NCBI GenBank assembly: GCA_963762585.1
Contig: CAVXLF010000023.1
Span: forward strand, 219,515-283,514
DNA: 64,000 bases
Origin: an uncultured Verrucomicrobiae bacterium
Lineage (GTDB): Bacteria; Verrucomicrobiota; Verrucomicrobiia; Limisphaerales; UBA11358
Direction: 5' to 3'
Shown here: positions 31,132 to 41,320 of the stretch, one piece after another
Position numbering within the stretch: the stretch's first letter is position 1
Layout of the letters: each line of letters opens with the position of its first letter
Made by a program: the position numbers and the translations under genes
The notes under the pieces: generated by a model
Databases searched by the model: none
The model's input: the letters and a program-made list of their open reading frames with translations, nothing else
What the model was told of the DNA's origin: nothing

Positions 31132-33474
31132 ATGACAAGAGCGCCCGCCTGCGTGGCCGTAGCCAGCGTTACGTGCATGCCACCTGAAACCAACCACGGT
31201 TCGCGTGAATCCGTGCCGGTCAGCACTCCGGCGCGGCGAAGGCCTGCCCTCTTCCTGCTCGTTTTTTTTGCCGCCCTCTTTCCCGTCATCGTCCGGGCGC
31301 AACCAGAGCAGCAGTGGGTGGTGGACGGGCTTGACCAGGTCATTCCGGGCGCGCCGACAGGCGGGGTGACCTACGATCTGACCACGGGCGAGGCGACTGG
31401 CACGAACGTTTTTGTCCAATACGGCAACGCCACACTCATCGCGGACAACGCGACGGTGAACCAGAAGACGGGCGAGGTGGTGGCCGACGGCCACGTGCGC
31501 ATTGAGTCGGGGAACATGACCTGGGTCGGCGATCACATGCGGTATAACTTCCTGACGCACCAGATGCGGAGCGAGGAATTCCGCACGGGCAACCCGCCGG
31601 TGTTCGCGGCGGGCCTGGAATTGTCGGGCAACACCACCAACCAGACGTACAACGCGCGCCACGTTTACGTCACGACCGACGACGTGAGCGAACCGGCCAT
31701 CCGCGTGCACGCGAGCCGGATCAAGATTGTGCCCGGCAAATATGTCGAGATGTGGAATGCGGTGCTGTACATGGACGGCGTGCCAACGTTTTACTTTCCA
31801 TTTTACCGGCGGAACCTGGGGGAACACTCGAACAATTATACCTTTCTCCCCGGCTACCGCAGCGGCTACGGGCCGTACCTGCTGAACACCTACACGTGGT
31901 ATCTCGACGACCTGGCGGACGGCCGGTTGCATCTGGATTACCGGGAAAAGCGGGGCGTCGGCGCGGGACCGGACGTGAATCTGCACCTGGGCCGGTGGGG
32001 CGAATCCGCGTTCAAGTATTATTACGTGCATGACCAGGAACCAAACCAGAGCACCAACAATCTGCCGTTGTTTGGAAACATCCCCAACAACCGCCAGCGA
32101 TTGTACTTCACCTATCTGGCCACGCCGTTAACCAATTTGAACGTCAAGGCGCTGGTCAATTACCAAAGCGACCCGCTGGTGCTGCACGATTTTTCCGAGG
32201 GCGCCTACAGCCTGAATCCGCAGCCGAACACGTTCGCCGAGGTCAACCGCTACTGGGACAACTGGAGTCTTGATGCCGAAACGACCCCGCGCATCAATGA
32301 CTTCTTTGATCAAATCGAGCGGCTGCCGGACGTGAAACTCACCGGCTACCGTCAGCCGATTTTTGACACGCCGTTTTACTACGAAAGCGAGAGCTCCGCC
32401 GGGTACTACCGCAGGATGGTTGCCGACACCAATAATCTGGTGCCGGCGCTGCCCGATCCCGATTATTCCGGCACGCGGGCCGACACCTATCATCAATTGC
32501 TCCTGCCATGGACGTTTTTTGGGTGGTTGAACGTCACCCCGCACGCCGGCGGGCGGTTTACATATTACAGCCAGGAGGGCGGGCCGGCCGGGACCAACGG
32601 CGAAACCTATCGCAAGGTTTTTGACACCGGGGCCGAAGTGGCCTTCAAGGTTTCGAGCCTGTGGGCGGGCGCGACCAATTCCGTCCTGGACATTGACGGG
32701 CTGCGGCATGTCCTCGAGCCGTCGGTGAATTACGTTTTTGTGCCGCGCCCGAACACGCTGCCCCCGCAGTTGCCGCAGTTCGATTCCGTGTTGCCCAGCC
32801 TGCTGCTGTTGCCGGTCCAATTTCCCGGCTTCAACGACATTGACGCCATTGACCGTGAGAACGTGATCCGGTTTGGCCTGCGCAACACCCTGCAGACCAA
32901 ACGCGACGGCCAGGTCGAAAAGTTGCTCGACTGGAACCTGACGCTCGACTGGAATCTCCGGCCCAACGGGCAGACGAATGCCATTTTTTTGCAACCGCAG
33001 AAAACCTTCAACGACCTTTATTCCGATCTGACGTTCCAGCCGCGTTCCTGGATCACGTTTGAATCCCAACTGCGCTACGACATCAATGCCGGCGAGTTAA
33101 ACCTGGCGTTTCATCAACTCGCGTTCACGCCGAACGACCGCTGGAGCTGGGGCATCGGCCACTGGTATTTGCGCAGCGAATTTTTGGGCACCGGCGAAAA
33201 TTTCATCACCAGCACCATGTTTTTCCGCCTGAATGACAACTGGGGCCTGCGCACCACGCACGATTTCGACGCCCAAAGCGGCCGCCTGGAACAACAGTTT
33301 TACACCGTCTACCGGGACTTCCGGAGCTGGACGGGGGCCTTGACCTTTCGCGTGCAGGACAACGGCACCGGCCCGAAAGATTACACCGTCGCCTTCACCT
33401 TCTCGATCAAAGCGAATCCGCGCTATCGAATCGGCGGCGACACGGTCGAACCGGACCGGCTCGTCGGGGAATGA
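31132..33474 (+). CDS. lptD: LPS-assembly protein LptD-like
   Basis: N-terminal OstA-like jellyroll (L.AD...N..TGEVVADGHV), 'VPTFYFPF', long beta-barrel; start uncertain. Confidence 0.8.
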   Translation: MTRAPACVAVASVTCMPPETNHGSRESVPVSTPARRRPALFLLVFFAALFPVIVRAQPEQQWVVDGLDQVIPGAPTGGVTYDLTTGEATGTNVFVQYGNATLIADNATVNQKTGEVVADGHVRIESGNMTWVGDHMRYNFLTHQMRSEEFRTGNPPVFAAGLELSGNTTNQTYNARHVYVTTDDVSEPAIRVHASRIKIVPGKYVEMWNAVLYMDGVPTFYFPFYRRNLGEHSNNYTFLPGYRSGYGPYLLNTYTWYLDDLADGRLHLDYREKRGVGAGPDVNLHLGRWGESAFKYYYVHDQEPNQSTNNLPLFGNIPNNRQRLYFTYLATPLTNLNVKALVNYQSDPLVLHDFSEGAYSLNPQPNTFAEVNRYWDNWSLDAETTPRINDFFDQIERLPDVKLTGYRQPIFDTPFYYESESSAGYYRRMVADTNNLVPALPDPDYSGTRADTYHQLLLPWTFFGWLNVTPHAGGRFTYYSQEGGPAGTNGETYRKVFDTGAEVAFKVSSLWAGATNSVLDIDGLRHVLEPSVNYVFVPRPNTLPPQLPQFDSVLPSLLLLPVQFPGFNDIDAIDRENVIRFGLRNTLQTKRDGQVEKLLDWNLTLDWNLRPNGQTNAIFLQPQKTFNDLYSDLTFQPRSWITFESQLRYDINAGELNLAFHQLAFTPNDRWSWGIGHWYLRSEFLGTGENFITSTMFFRLNDNWGLRTTHDFDAQSGRLEQQFYTVYRDFRSWTGALTFRVQDNGTGPKDYTVAFTFSIKANPRYRIGGDTVEPDRLVGE

Positions 33475-33477
33475 GAC

Positions 33478-34551
33478 TTACGACAGACCGGACGCGGGCA
33501 GGGAAAGGCTGAATGTGGTGCCGGCGTTGAGGCTGCTTTGCACTTGAATGACGCCGTGATGTTCGTGCGCGATGCGCTGGCTGATGGCCAGGCCCAAACC
33601 GGTGCCATTTTTTTTCGTGGTGAAGAACGGTTCGAACAACCGCCCAAGATTTTCGGGCTTGATGCCCACGCCGGTATCCTGGATGTGAATCCGCATCAAC
33701 CGCGCTCCATTTTCCCCTTCCGTGATTTCCGTGGCGACGGTCAGGACGCCATTCGAGCCCATCGCCTCAAGCGCGTTGAGCAGGAGATTCATGAAGGCCT
33801 GTTGCAATTGCACGTCATCGCCGCGCACCGTGTCCGATTGGGCTTCGTACCGGCGCTGGAGTGAAATCAATTTCCCGGCGATCTGGTGGTGCAACAGCCG
33901 CAGCGAATGGTCGAGCAATTCATGCACATGCACGGTGTTGAAGGCGGCCCCCTTGGGCACCGCGAACCGCAACATTTGCGTGACCATGGCGTTGATGCGT
34001 TGCAACTCGCGATTGACGACTTCGGTCAATTCCGTGTCGTGGCCTTTTTCCAGCAGCAAATCAACGAACGTTTTGATGGCAACCATGCCATTTTTGATTT
34101 CGTGCGCCATGCTGGCTGAAAGCGTGCCGAGGCTGGCCAGCCGGTCGAGCCGCCGCATGTTTTGCTCGAAGACCGGCGCGGAAGTCAGGTTATTCAACAC
34201 GACGACCACCTGTGATTGCGCGCGGGTTTTCACCGGCAGGATGCTGACCCGCAACGGGGTGGCGGCGCGGCGGGAGGTTTTGGGCAAAATTTCCAGGTTG
34301 GTCACCGCCTGGCCGCTCCGGGCGGCATTGCGAATGAGCTCGGGGAGTGGGGCGGGCAGGGAACTCGCCGGTGCGTTTCGCAATCGGGCCGCTTTGGTGT
34401 GCAGGTGGCTGGCGGCTTCGGGCGTGCAGGCGACAATGCGCCCGCGCGCACCCACCACCAGCACCCCGCACGCAAAACATTCCTGCAAGAGACTCGCTGG
34501 ATTTCCGTCTGGAAGTCCGTTTTTTTCCTGAGTTGAGCCACCGGGTGACAT
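33478..34551 (-). CDS. Cytoplasmic PAS-like sensor histidine kinase (NtrB-like)
   Basis: AHEIKN, NLLLNA, DTGVG, FFTTK..GTGLGL. Confidence 0.9.
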   Translation of the reverse strand: MSPGGSTQEKNGLPDGNPASLLQECFACGVLVVGARGRIVACTPEAASHLHTKAARLRNAPASSLPAPLPELIRNAARSGQAVTNLEILPKTSRRAATPLRVSILPVKTRAQSQVVVVLNNLTSAPVFEQNMRRLDRLASLGTLSASMAHEIKNGMVAIKTFVDLLLEKGHDTELTEVVNRELQRINAMVTQMLRFAVPKGAAFNTVHVHELLDHSLRLLHHQIAGKLISLQRRYEAQSDTVRGDDVQLQQAFMNLLLNALEAMGSNGVLTVATEITEGENGARLMRIHIQDTGVGIKPENLGRLFEPFFTTKKNGTGLGLAISQRIAHEHHGVIQVQSSLNAGTTFSLSLPASGLS

Positions 34552-34744
34552 AAATCAAAACAACCTTCTGGCGCCCGCTTGCCCCTGCCTGGGCTGATCC
34601 CCAAGCAGATGGCTGCGCCGATATTAAGTCGCGCTTGCCCGGCGACCAACAAAAAAAGTGAAATTTGCGTCTTTAAACCCGCGAAAGAGGTTGTGTTTTG
34701 CGGCTGACGTTTGGGCCGGGCGGGATTACGCTGTTGCCTGACGA

Positions 34745-35944
34745 ATGAAAAATACCTTCGACAGCATAGAATCCGTCGTTGCCAGCATCCGCCGCGGCAA
34801 ACTGGTCATTGTGGTGGACGACGCCGACCGCGAGAACGAAGGTGACTTGATTCTCGCCGCGCAATTCGTCACGCCCGCCGCGGTGAACTTCATGGCGAAG
34901 CACGGGCGCGGCCTGATTTGCGTGCCGACGACCGTCGAACGGCTGCAACAACTCGGGATTGACCGCATGGTGCAACAGAACCGCGAGAGTTTTCGCACGG
35001 ATTTTCAAGTGAGCGTGGATGCCGCCCGCGGCATTTCCACGGGCATCAGCGCCGCCGATCGCGCCCGGACGATTCAGATCATGGCCGCGCCAACCATGGT
35101 GCCCGACGATTTGGTCCAGCCCGGCCATGTGTTTCCGTTGCGGGCCCGGCCCGGTGGCGTGCTGCAGCGCGCCGGCCACACCGAGGCGGCGGTGGACCTG
35201 GCGCAACTCGCCGGCCTGCGGCCCATCGGCGTGCTGTGCGAAATCCTGAATGACGACGGCACGATGGCGCGGCTGTCGCAGTTGCGCAAATTCGCCCAAA
35301 AGCATCGCCTGAAAATTTGCACGATCGCCGATTTGATTGAATATCGCCGCACGCGCGAGAAGCTGGTGGAGCGCGTCGAGGTGGTGAAGCTGCCGACCGA
35401 TTACGGCGATTTTGATCTGCATCTGTACCGCTCGACGCTGGACGGCCAGCATCATCTGGCGCTGGTTCACGGCAACGTGGCCGGCCGGGAAAAGGTTTTT
35501 GTGCGCGTGCACAGCGAATGCCTGACCGGCGACGTGTTCGGTTCGCGCCGCTGCGATTGCGGGGCGCAACTGCATCAGGCCATGCGGCAGGTGGCCGGGG
35601 CGGGGTGCGGCGTGATCGTTTATATGCGGCAGGAAGGCCGCGGCATCGGTCTCGCGCCGAAAATCAAGGCCTACAAACTGCAGGAACAGGGCTACGACAC
35701 CGTCGAGGCGAACCAAAAACTGGGTTACGACATGGACCTGCGTGAATATGGCCTCGGCGCGCAAATCCTGGTTGATCTCGGCCTGAAAACCATCCGGTTG
35801 CTGACGAACAATCCCAAAAAAATCGTCGGGTTGGAGGGGTACGGACTGAAAATTGTCGAGCAGGTGCCGATTCGCGTGAAACCGAATCCGCACAATGAAA
35901 AGTATTTGAAAGCCAAGCGGGAGAAGATGGGGCATTTGCTGTGA
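34745..35944 (+). CDS. ribBA: Bifunctional DHBP synthase/GTP cyclohydrolase II
   Basis: DRENEGD, RAGHTEA, RVHSECLTGD, RCDCG, QEGRGIGL. Confidence 0.97.
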   Translation: MKNTFDSIESVVASIRRGKLVIVVDDADRENEGDLILAAQFVTPAAVNFMAKHGRGLICVPTTVERLQQLGIDRMVQQNRESFRTDFQVSVDAARGISTGISAADRARTIQIMAAPTMVPDDLVQPGHVFPLRARPGGVLQRAGHTEAAVDLAQLAGLRPIGVLCEILNDDGTMARLSQLRKFAQKHRLKICTIADLIEYRRTREKLVERVEVVKLPTDYGDFDLHLYRSTLDGQHHLALVHGNVAGREKVFVRVHSECLTGDVFGSRRCDCGAQLHQAMRQVAGAGCGVIVYMRQEGRGIGLAPKIKAYKLQEQGYDTVEANQKLGYDMDLREYGLGAQILVDLGLKTIRLLTNNPKKIVGLEGYGLKIVEQVPIRVKPNPHNEKYLKAKREKMGHLL

Positions 35945-36510
35945 AGGGGACAAAATACAGAGTTCAGCGGGATAGAGATTTCAAACCGCATCATATTTTG
36001 ATTGGCACAGCCAAAATTGCATTGGAAAGTGCAGAAGCAAAAACTCCCGGTTGGCTTTATTACGAATTAACTGCGATTACTTTTTCGGCTTTGGCTCTTG
36101 AGGCTCTTACAAATTCGTTTGGTGAAAAGCTTGTGTCGAGATGGGACGACTTTGAAACCGCAAGTCCAATAGCCAAACTCAGAATTATTTGTTCATGATT
36201 GCTTGTAGAACCAGACTTTGAAAAGGAACCTTGGTCCGTTGCTCTCTGGTTGGTGAAATTCAGAAACAAAATCGCGCATGCAAAACCAGAGTCCATTAAA
36301 TTTGACAAGACAATGACTGAGAATGATTTTCAAAAAATTCAATTTGAGTTTCCGCGCTCCAAGTTGGAGATGCAGATCAATCTTGAGAATGCAAAGCGTT
36401 CAGTTTCTACCATAGATCAAATACTGGAATTGTTTTACCTCCCATTAAAATCTGACGAGAAGTATTGCTTGTATTCGGATGGATTTAGCGGAACGACTTC
36501 AGCGTGTTAA
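35941..36510 (+). pseudogene. Low-GC HEPN-motif gene interrupted by an in-frame TGA
   Basis: Two consecutive same-frame ORFs separated only by TGA 36196-36198; RNKIAH (R-x4-H); visibly AT-rich relative to flanks. Confidence 0.6.
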
Positions 36511-36634
36511 GGGCCAAAACGTGCCGCGCCAACAGTTGCGCGGGATGTCCTTGTCGCGCCGCATTTCTGAAACCCGACTTTTTGTTTGCCCACACTGGTC
36601 TCTTCACTCAGACTGCGGCTGGTCCGTAAGCGTT

Positions 36635-37885
36635 ATGCCCAAACTTGTTGTCCTCTCAACGGCACTGTCCGGCTTGTCCCACGAATTGAGCGGGAACTGG
36701 GTCACAATCGGGCGCGCGGATGGGAACACGTTTCAGATCGTCGAAACGTCCATTTCGGGCAGGCATTGTGAAGTCCGGTTGCAGGGCGATGAACTGGTCG
36801 TGCGCGACCTGCTTTCCACCAACGGCACGTTCATCCAGGGCAGGAAAATTGCCGAGGCGGTGCTGAAGCCGGGACAAACGCTGCGCCTCGGCAACGTGGC
36901 ACTGGCATTGGATCTTTCCACGATCCCGGCGGCCAAATCCAAACCGGCCGGGCTTCCCGCGACGGCGGTGACCCCGTTCCCGGCCCAAAAACCGGTTGCG
37001 CCCGCCAAGGCCCACGCCGACAGTGACTCCACGAAAAAGCATCATGTCCTTTTCGTGGACGACAGCATGGCCTTCCTTGAAACCTTCAGCAAATTATGTT
37101 CGGTCTTCTCCAACAACACTTGGGAAATTCATTCCGCCCCGACGGCGGACCGGGCCCTGGCCATTTTGCAGGAAAGTCCGATTGATCTCGTCGTGCTGGA
37201 CATCGGGATACCGGTGGTGGACGGCCTGCAGTTGCTCGGAATCATCAACCAGCGTTATCCGGGTCTCAAACTCGCCGTCATGACCGGCAGCGCCACGGAA
37301 AGCAATCGCGCGGCCTGTCTGGCCAACGGCGCCGAACTGTTTATCGAGAAACCGGTTTCCGCCGACGGCATCAAGGTGGTTTTCAACCTGTTGAACGACC
37401 TGATGTCGTGGGCGCATCGTGACGGTTTCAGTGGCGCGCTGCGGCAGGTCGGCATGCAGGATGTCATCCAGATGGAATGCATCGGACGCCGCTCTTCCAT
37501 CCTGGAAATTCGCAACCGGGAGTTGCGCGGGCAGATTTACATCGAGGCCGGCGTCATCACCCACGCGGCGGTGGGAACGCTGGTCGGGCAGCAGGCTTTC
37601 TTCCGGTTGCTTTCCCTCAGCGGCGGCGAGTTCAAGGTGAAACCGTTCCAGGCGCCGCCGCAACGCACCATCCAGGACCGATGGGAATTTCTGCTCATGG
37701 AAGCGGCGCGCGCCTGCGATGAGGAAACGGTCTTGATCCGGAACACCCCGGTTGGCAGCCCGGCCAAAACGTCCGCACCCGGTCTGGTTTCCGGTGCAAA
37801 CATGCAGCCACACAAACCCTCGCCGCCGGCGGCAGGCGGAAAACCGGACGGCTTGGGCGATGATGTGGCGGTGGGTCGCCACTGA
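36635..37885 (+). CDS. FHA + receiver + DUF4388-like protein
   Basis: IGR..SGRH..STNGT; VDD..LD..KP; GFSGALRQVGMQDVIQM..GQIYIEAG.ITHA. Confidence 0.8.
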   Translation: MPKLVVLSTALSGLSHELSGNWVTIGRADGNTFQIVETSISGRHCEVRLQGDELVVRDLLSTNGTFIQGRKIAEAVLKPGQTLRLGNVALALDLSTIPAAKSKPAGLPATAVTPFPAQKPVAPAKAHADSDSTKKHHVLFVDDSMAFLETFSKLCSVFSNNTWEIHSAPTADRALAILQESPIDLVVLDIGIPVVDGLQLLGIINQRYPGLKLAVMTGSATESNRAACLANGAELFIEKPVSADGIKVVFNLLNDLMSWAHRDGFSGALRQVGMQDVIQMECIGRRSSILEIRNRELRGQIYIEAGVITHAAVGTLVGQQAFFRLLSLSGGEFKVKPFQAPPQRTIQDRWEFLLMEAARACDEETVLIRNTPVGSPAKTSAPGLVSGANMQPHKPSPPAAGGKPDGLGDDVAVGRH

Positions 37886-38111
37886 CGATGTTGAATGGAA
37901 GGCCACCGACGATTCCAAGCAATAGCCGGGCGATTCCAATTCCGGATTTATATTCAATATATATTCTTATATTATGCTTTTGTTGAAAAAGTATAACTAA
38001 AGCAAAATTTGTCGTCTGAATAACAAAATAGGTAGAGTCCTCTCGGGATGGGGGTGGGTAAGAATCGTGGTAACGAAATTAATGAAACAGGAAACGTTGC
38101 ACTCAACACTT

Positions 38112-38408
38112 ATGAAAAAGCAAACGATGATTTGGTGGAGCACGTCGGTATTGGTCGGGGCGTGTGTGTTTGGTCTGGGTCTGACGCTGGCCCAGGCCCA
38201 GCCGCCGGAAAAGAAAGCCGCGCACAAGCTCACGGGCGCGGAGTTGTACCAGATCAACTGCAACCGTTGTCACGCGGAACGGTATCCCACCGAGTGGACG
38301 TCCGCCCAGTGGAAGACCATCATGACGCACATGCGGGTGCGCGCGAATCTGCCGGCCGCCCAGACCCGGGAAATTTTGAAATACCTGCAGGAAGACAGCG
38401 GAAGCTAA
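38112..38408 (+). CDS. Small monoheme c-type cytochrome
   Basis: Signal peptide, CNRCH, distal W...I..HM. Confidence 0.85.
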   Translation: MKKQTMIWWSTSVLVGACVFGLGLTLAQAQPPEKKAAHKLTGAELYQINCNRCHAERYPTEWTSAQWKTIMTHMRVRANLPAAQTREILKYLQEDSGS

Positions 38409-38436
38409 ACCACCACCGAAACCAGGAACTACCTCA

Positions 38437-39774
38437 ATGAAAATATCTACCATGATTTTAAGTGCGGCGGCGGGATGCGCGCTCAGCGCGGTTCTTTCTC
38501 CCCATGCCGCGGCGGTGGTCAGCGATGACGATTTCAACGCGCTGAAAAGCACGGTTCAGCAGATGGACCAGACCATGGAGGCGCTGAAGGAGACGAACCA
38601 GTTTGATGAACAAAAAATCCAGCAATTGGAACAGCGGTTGGGGGACACCCAGGTGCTGGCCACCAACGCTGCGGTGCTGGCCACGAACGCTGCCGAGCAG
38701 GCGGAAGCGGCGCAAGCGCAAGCCACGCCCGGTCCCGGCGCCCGGCACAATTTCATGGTGGTCGGCGACGCCGAGGTTCAATTCGGCAAGACAGCGGGGC
38801 AGCACAGCGGATTTGCGCTCGCCGATTTTGCGCCGATCTTTCTGTTTCGGGCGAACGATGACATCCTGTTCGAGGCTGGTTTTGACACCTCGTTGGCGAA
38901 CAATGGCGGGCCTCCCGGCACCGGGGGCGGTTCCACGGGTTCTTTAAGCCTGAGCTTCGCCCAGTTGGATTATCTTTGGAACGACTATGTGACCTTGGTG
39001 GCGGGCGACATGCTGCTGCCGCTGGGCACTTACAACGAACGGAGCGCGGGCTGGCTCACGAAAATACCGGACAGTCCATTGTTGGACCAAAATATCCTGT
39101 CGTCCAGCGGCGTCGGGGTGCAACTGCGGGGAGCCGTGCCGGTGGGTGATTCCGGCCAGATGCTGACCTACGCGGTGTACGGTGCGAACGGGCCGGGGTC
39201 GACGGACGGAACCGGAACCGCCGGCAATCTTGATCTGGGTGGCAACGTGGGCATCCTGGGGGACGGCACCCAGCAAAATCTTCACAGTAATCCCAGCGGT
39301 GGCGGTCGCATCGGTTGGTTCTATCCGTGGAAGCCGCATTACGACGTGGAGCTGGGGGTTTCCGGTCAATCCGGCGAATGGGATGATGCCGGGAAGGAAG
39401 TCTGGTCGGCTTCCGTGCTGGATGCCGCGATTCATATCAGTCCCTACTTTGAAGCCAAGGGCGAGTATGCCTACACCTGGTACGGGACATCGGACATGGG
39501 CACCATCATTCCCCGTGGCTGGTGGGTGCAGGCGGCCTACAAACTGGCCGGTCTGGACCTTGACCTTCCCATCGTCAGCGATGTCGAACTCGTCGGCCGT
39601 TATGACCGGTTAAATGACGGTCTGGGCACCAAAACGGACCGTTATACGGCGGGCTTCATTTATTACTTCACCAACACCCTGTTGTTTGAAGGCGATTACG
39701 AATATGTCTGCAGCCGGGGTCCCGCGGCCATGCCGCCCAACGATTTTATATTGCAACTTTCTTACGGATTCTAA
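38437..39774 (+). CDS. Outer-membrane porin-like beta-barrel with N-terminal coiled coil
   Basis: Signal peptide, Q/E-rich coiled coil, amphipathic strands, terminal QLSYGF. Confidence 0.8.
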   Translation: MKISTMILSAAAGCALSAVLSPHAAAVVSDDDFNALKSTVQQMDQTMEALKETNQFDEQKIQQLEQRLGDTQVLATNAAVLATNAAEQAEAAQAQATPGPGARHNFMVVGDAEVQFGKTAGQHSGFALADFAPIFLFRANDDILFEAGFDTSLANNGGPPGTGGGSTGSLSLSFAQLDYLWNDYVTLVAGDMLLPLGTYNERSAGWLTKIPDSPLLDQNILSSSGVGVQLRGAVPVGDSGQMLTYAVYGANGPGSTDGTGTAGNLDLGGNVGILGDGTQQNLHSNPSGGGRIGWFYPWKPHYDVELGVSGQSGEWDDAGKEVWSASVLDAAIHISPYFEAKGEYAYTWYGTSDMGTIIPRGWWVQAAYKLAGLDLDLPIVSDVELVGRYDRLNDGLGTKTDRYTAGFIYYFTNTLLFEGDYEYVCSRGPAAMPPNDFILQLSYGF

Positions 39775-39792
39775 ATCAAATACAACCTGCAC

Positions 39793-40272
39793 ATGAAAAT
39801 GATGAAAATGAACATGAAATTTGCCGCGTTCCTCCTCATGACCGCGCTGGCTTCGTTCGGAGCGGGTGTGGCCCGCGCTGACGATCCACTGGATGCCGCC
39901 ACCCAGGCCCGCATTGACCGTTTCGAAAAGGGGCCGGCCAAGGTTGATGTTTCCAAATACCCGCAAGGCATTCAGGACAACTACGACGTGTTCCAGCAGA
40001 AATGTTCGCAGTGCCACAAATTGAGCCGTCCCATCAACAGCGATTATGCGTTGCCGGATGAATGGTCGCGTTACGTGAAGCGGATGATGCACAAGCCCGG
40101 CTCCGGCATTGACAGCACGGACGGCAAGAAGATTTATGAGTTCCTGGTTTATGATTCCAGCGTTCGCAAAAAGGCGATGGTTGACGACAAGCTCGCCAAG
40201 CTGGGCGCTGATGACCGGGCTGCGGACGAAGCCAAAATCAAGGAAGTCCACGACAAATACGACAATCAATAA
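39793..40272 (+). CDS. Monoheme c-type cytochrome
   Basis: Signal peptide, CSQCH, distal W...V.RM. Confidence 0.85.
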   Translation: MKMMKMNMKFAAFLLMTALASFGAGVARADDPLDAATQARIDRFEKGPAKVDVSKYPQGIQDNYDVFQQKCSQCHKLSRPINSDYALPDEWSRYVKRMMHKPGSGIDSTDGKKIYEFLVYDSSVRKKAMVDDKLAKLGADDRAADEAKIKEVHDKYDNQ

Positions 40273-40324
40273 GTGGTCTGGCTGGTGGAACCCGCCGGTT
40301 CAGCAGTAACGATTGCATTAATCC

Positions 40325-41239
40325 ATGCGTGACGAATTGGATGGCACCCCAAAAAATGAAACCGACCCGCCGGCGGCGTACACGCCGGTGCCGGTATGGA
40401 TTTTTGTCCTGACCCTGGTGCTGTTGTTTCTGGGCGCGGTTTATTTTGACACGTATGGCGCCTGGTTTGACAAGCAGGTTTACGCACCCTACGAATCGGC
40501 CGAGGAACTGGCCTTGTATCAGCCCAAATCCGGCGAGGCCGCCATGCTGGCGCATGGCCAGTCGGTTTATGAAAACGTTTGCGGCCTGTGCCACGGCACC
40601 GATGGTCTGGGTAAAACCGGCCAGGCTCCGCCCCTGGCCGGCTCCGAATGGGTGGTCAAAGACGTCGCGTCACTCGCGCATGTGCCGTTGACCGGGCTCA
40701 ATGGTCCCATTCAAGTCAAAGGCCAGGACTGGAACCTGGCCATGGCGCCGATGGGCGCGGGATTATCCGATGCCGATCTCTCCGCGGTCTTGAGTTACAT
40801 TCGCACCTCGTGGGGCAACCAGGGTAGCGCGGTTTCCGCCGACGAAATAAAAGCCGTGCGCGCGGCCCTCGGCGGCAGCGGTCCCTCGGCGGAGGAATTG
40901 GCCAAAATGACGCCGGTGGAGCGCGGCCACGCCGTTTTCCGAAAATATGGGTGTTTCCAATGCCATGGCCAGGATGGCAAGGGCGGCGTGTCCAATTTCA
41001 ACGCCAAGACCGCCGAACAGGTCCCCAGCCTGATTTATGTGGCTGATGGTTACACCAAGAATGAATTGATCGCCTTCATCAGCCGGGGTGAGCGCAATAT
41101 CCCCCGCAAAAACCCCGCCGGACCGGAGCCGCCCCACTTCATGCCCAAATGGGGGCCCGTCATCAGCCCCAATGAATTAAGTGATCTGGCTGACTTTCTT
41201 TTCAGCCTGAAACCCAAGGGAGAAAACCTGGGGTTTTAG
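40325..41239 (+). CDS. Membrane-anchored diheme c-type cytochrome
   Basis: N-terminal TM helix, CGLCH (..PPLAGS..MAP) and CFQCH (..MPKW). Confidence 0.88.
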   Translation: MRDELDGTPKNETDPPAAYTPVPVWIFVLTLVLLFLGAVYFDTYGAWFDKQVYAPYESAEELALYQPKSGEAAMLAHGQSVYENVCGLCHGTDGLGKTGQAPPLAGSEWVVKDVASLAHVPLTGLNGPIQVKGQDWNLAMAPMGAGLSDADLSAVLSYIRTSWGNQGSAVSADEIKAVRAALGGSGPSAEELAKMTPVERGHAVFRKYGCFQCHGQDGKGGVSNFNAKTAEQVPSLIYVADGYTKNELIAFISRGERNIPRKNPAGPEPPHFMPKWGPVISPNELSDLADFLFSLKPKGENLGF

Positions 41240-41320
41240 GCCGGTCCAGATCGAGGCCGGATTCGGTAAATGAAAAATCTTCGTGTTCATTTGCTCCCGT
41301 TGGTGGTTTAATCCTCCGCG

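Noticed and set aside
34552-34744. Possible FMN riboswitch upstream of ribBA
   Set aside because: Conserved RFN motifs (GGGCAGGGTGAAATTCCC..) not present
36196-36198. TGA as selenocysteine
   Set aside because: No evident SECIS-like hairpin downstream and no redox-motif context
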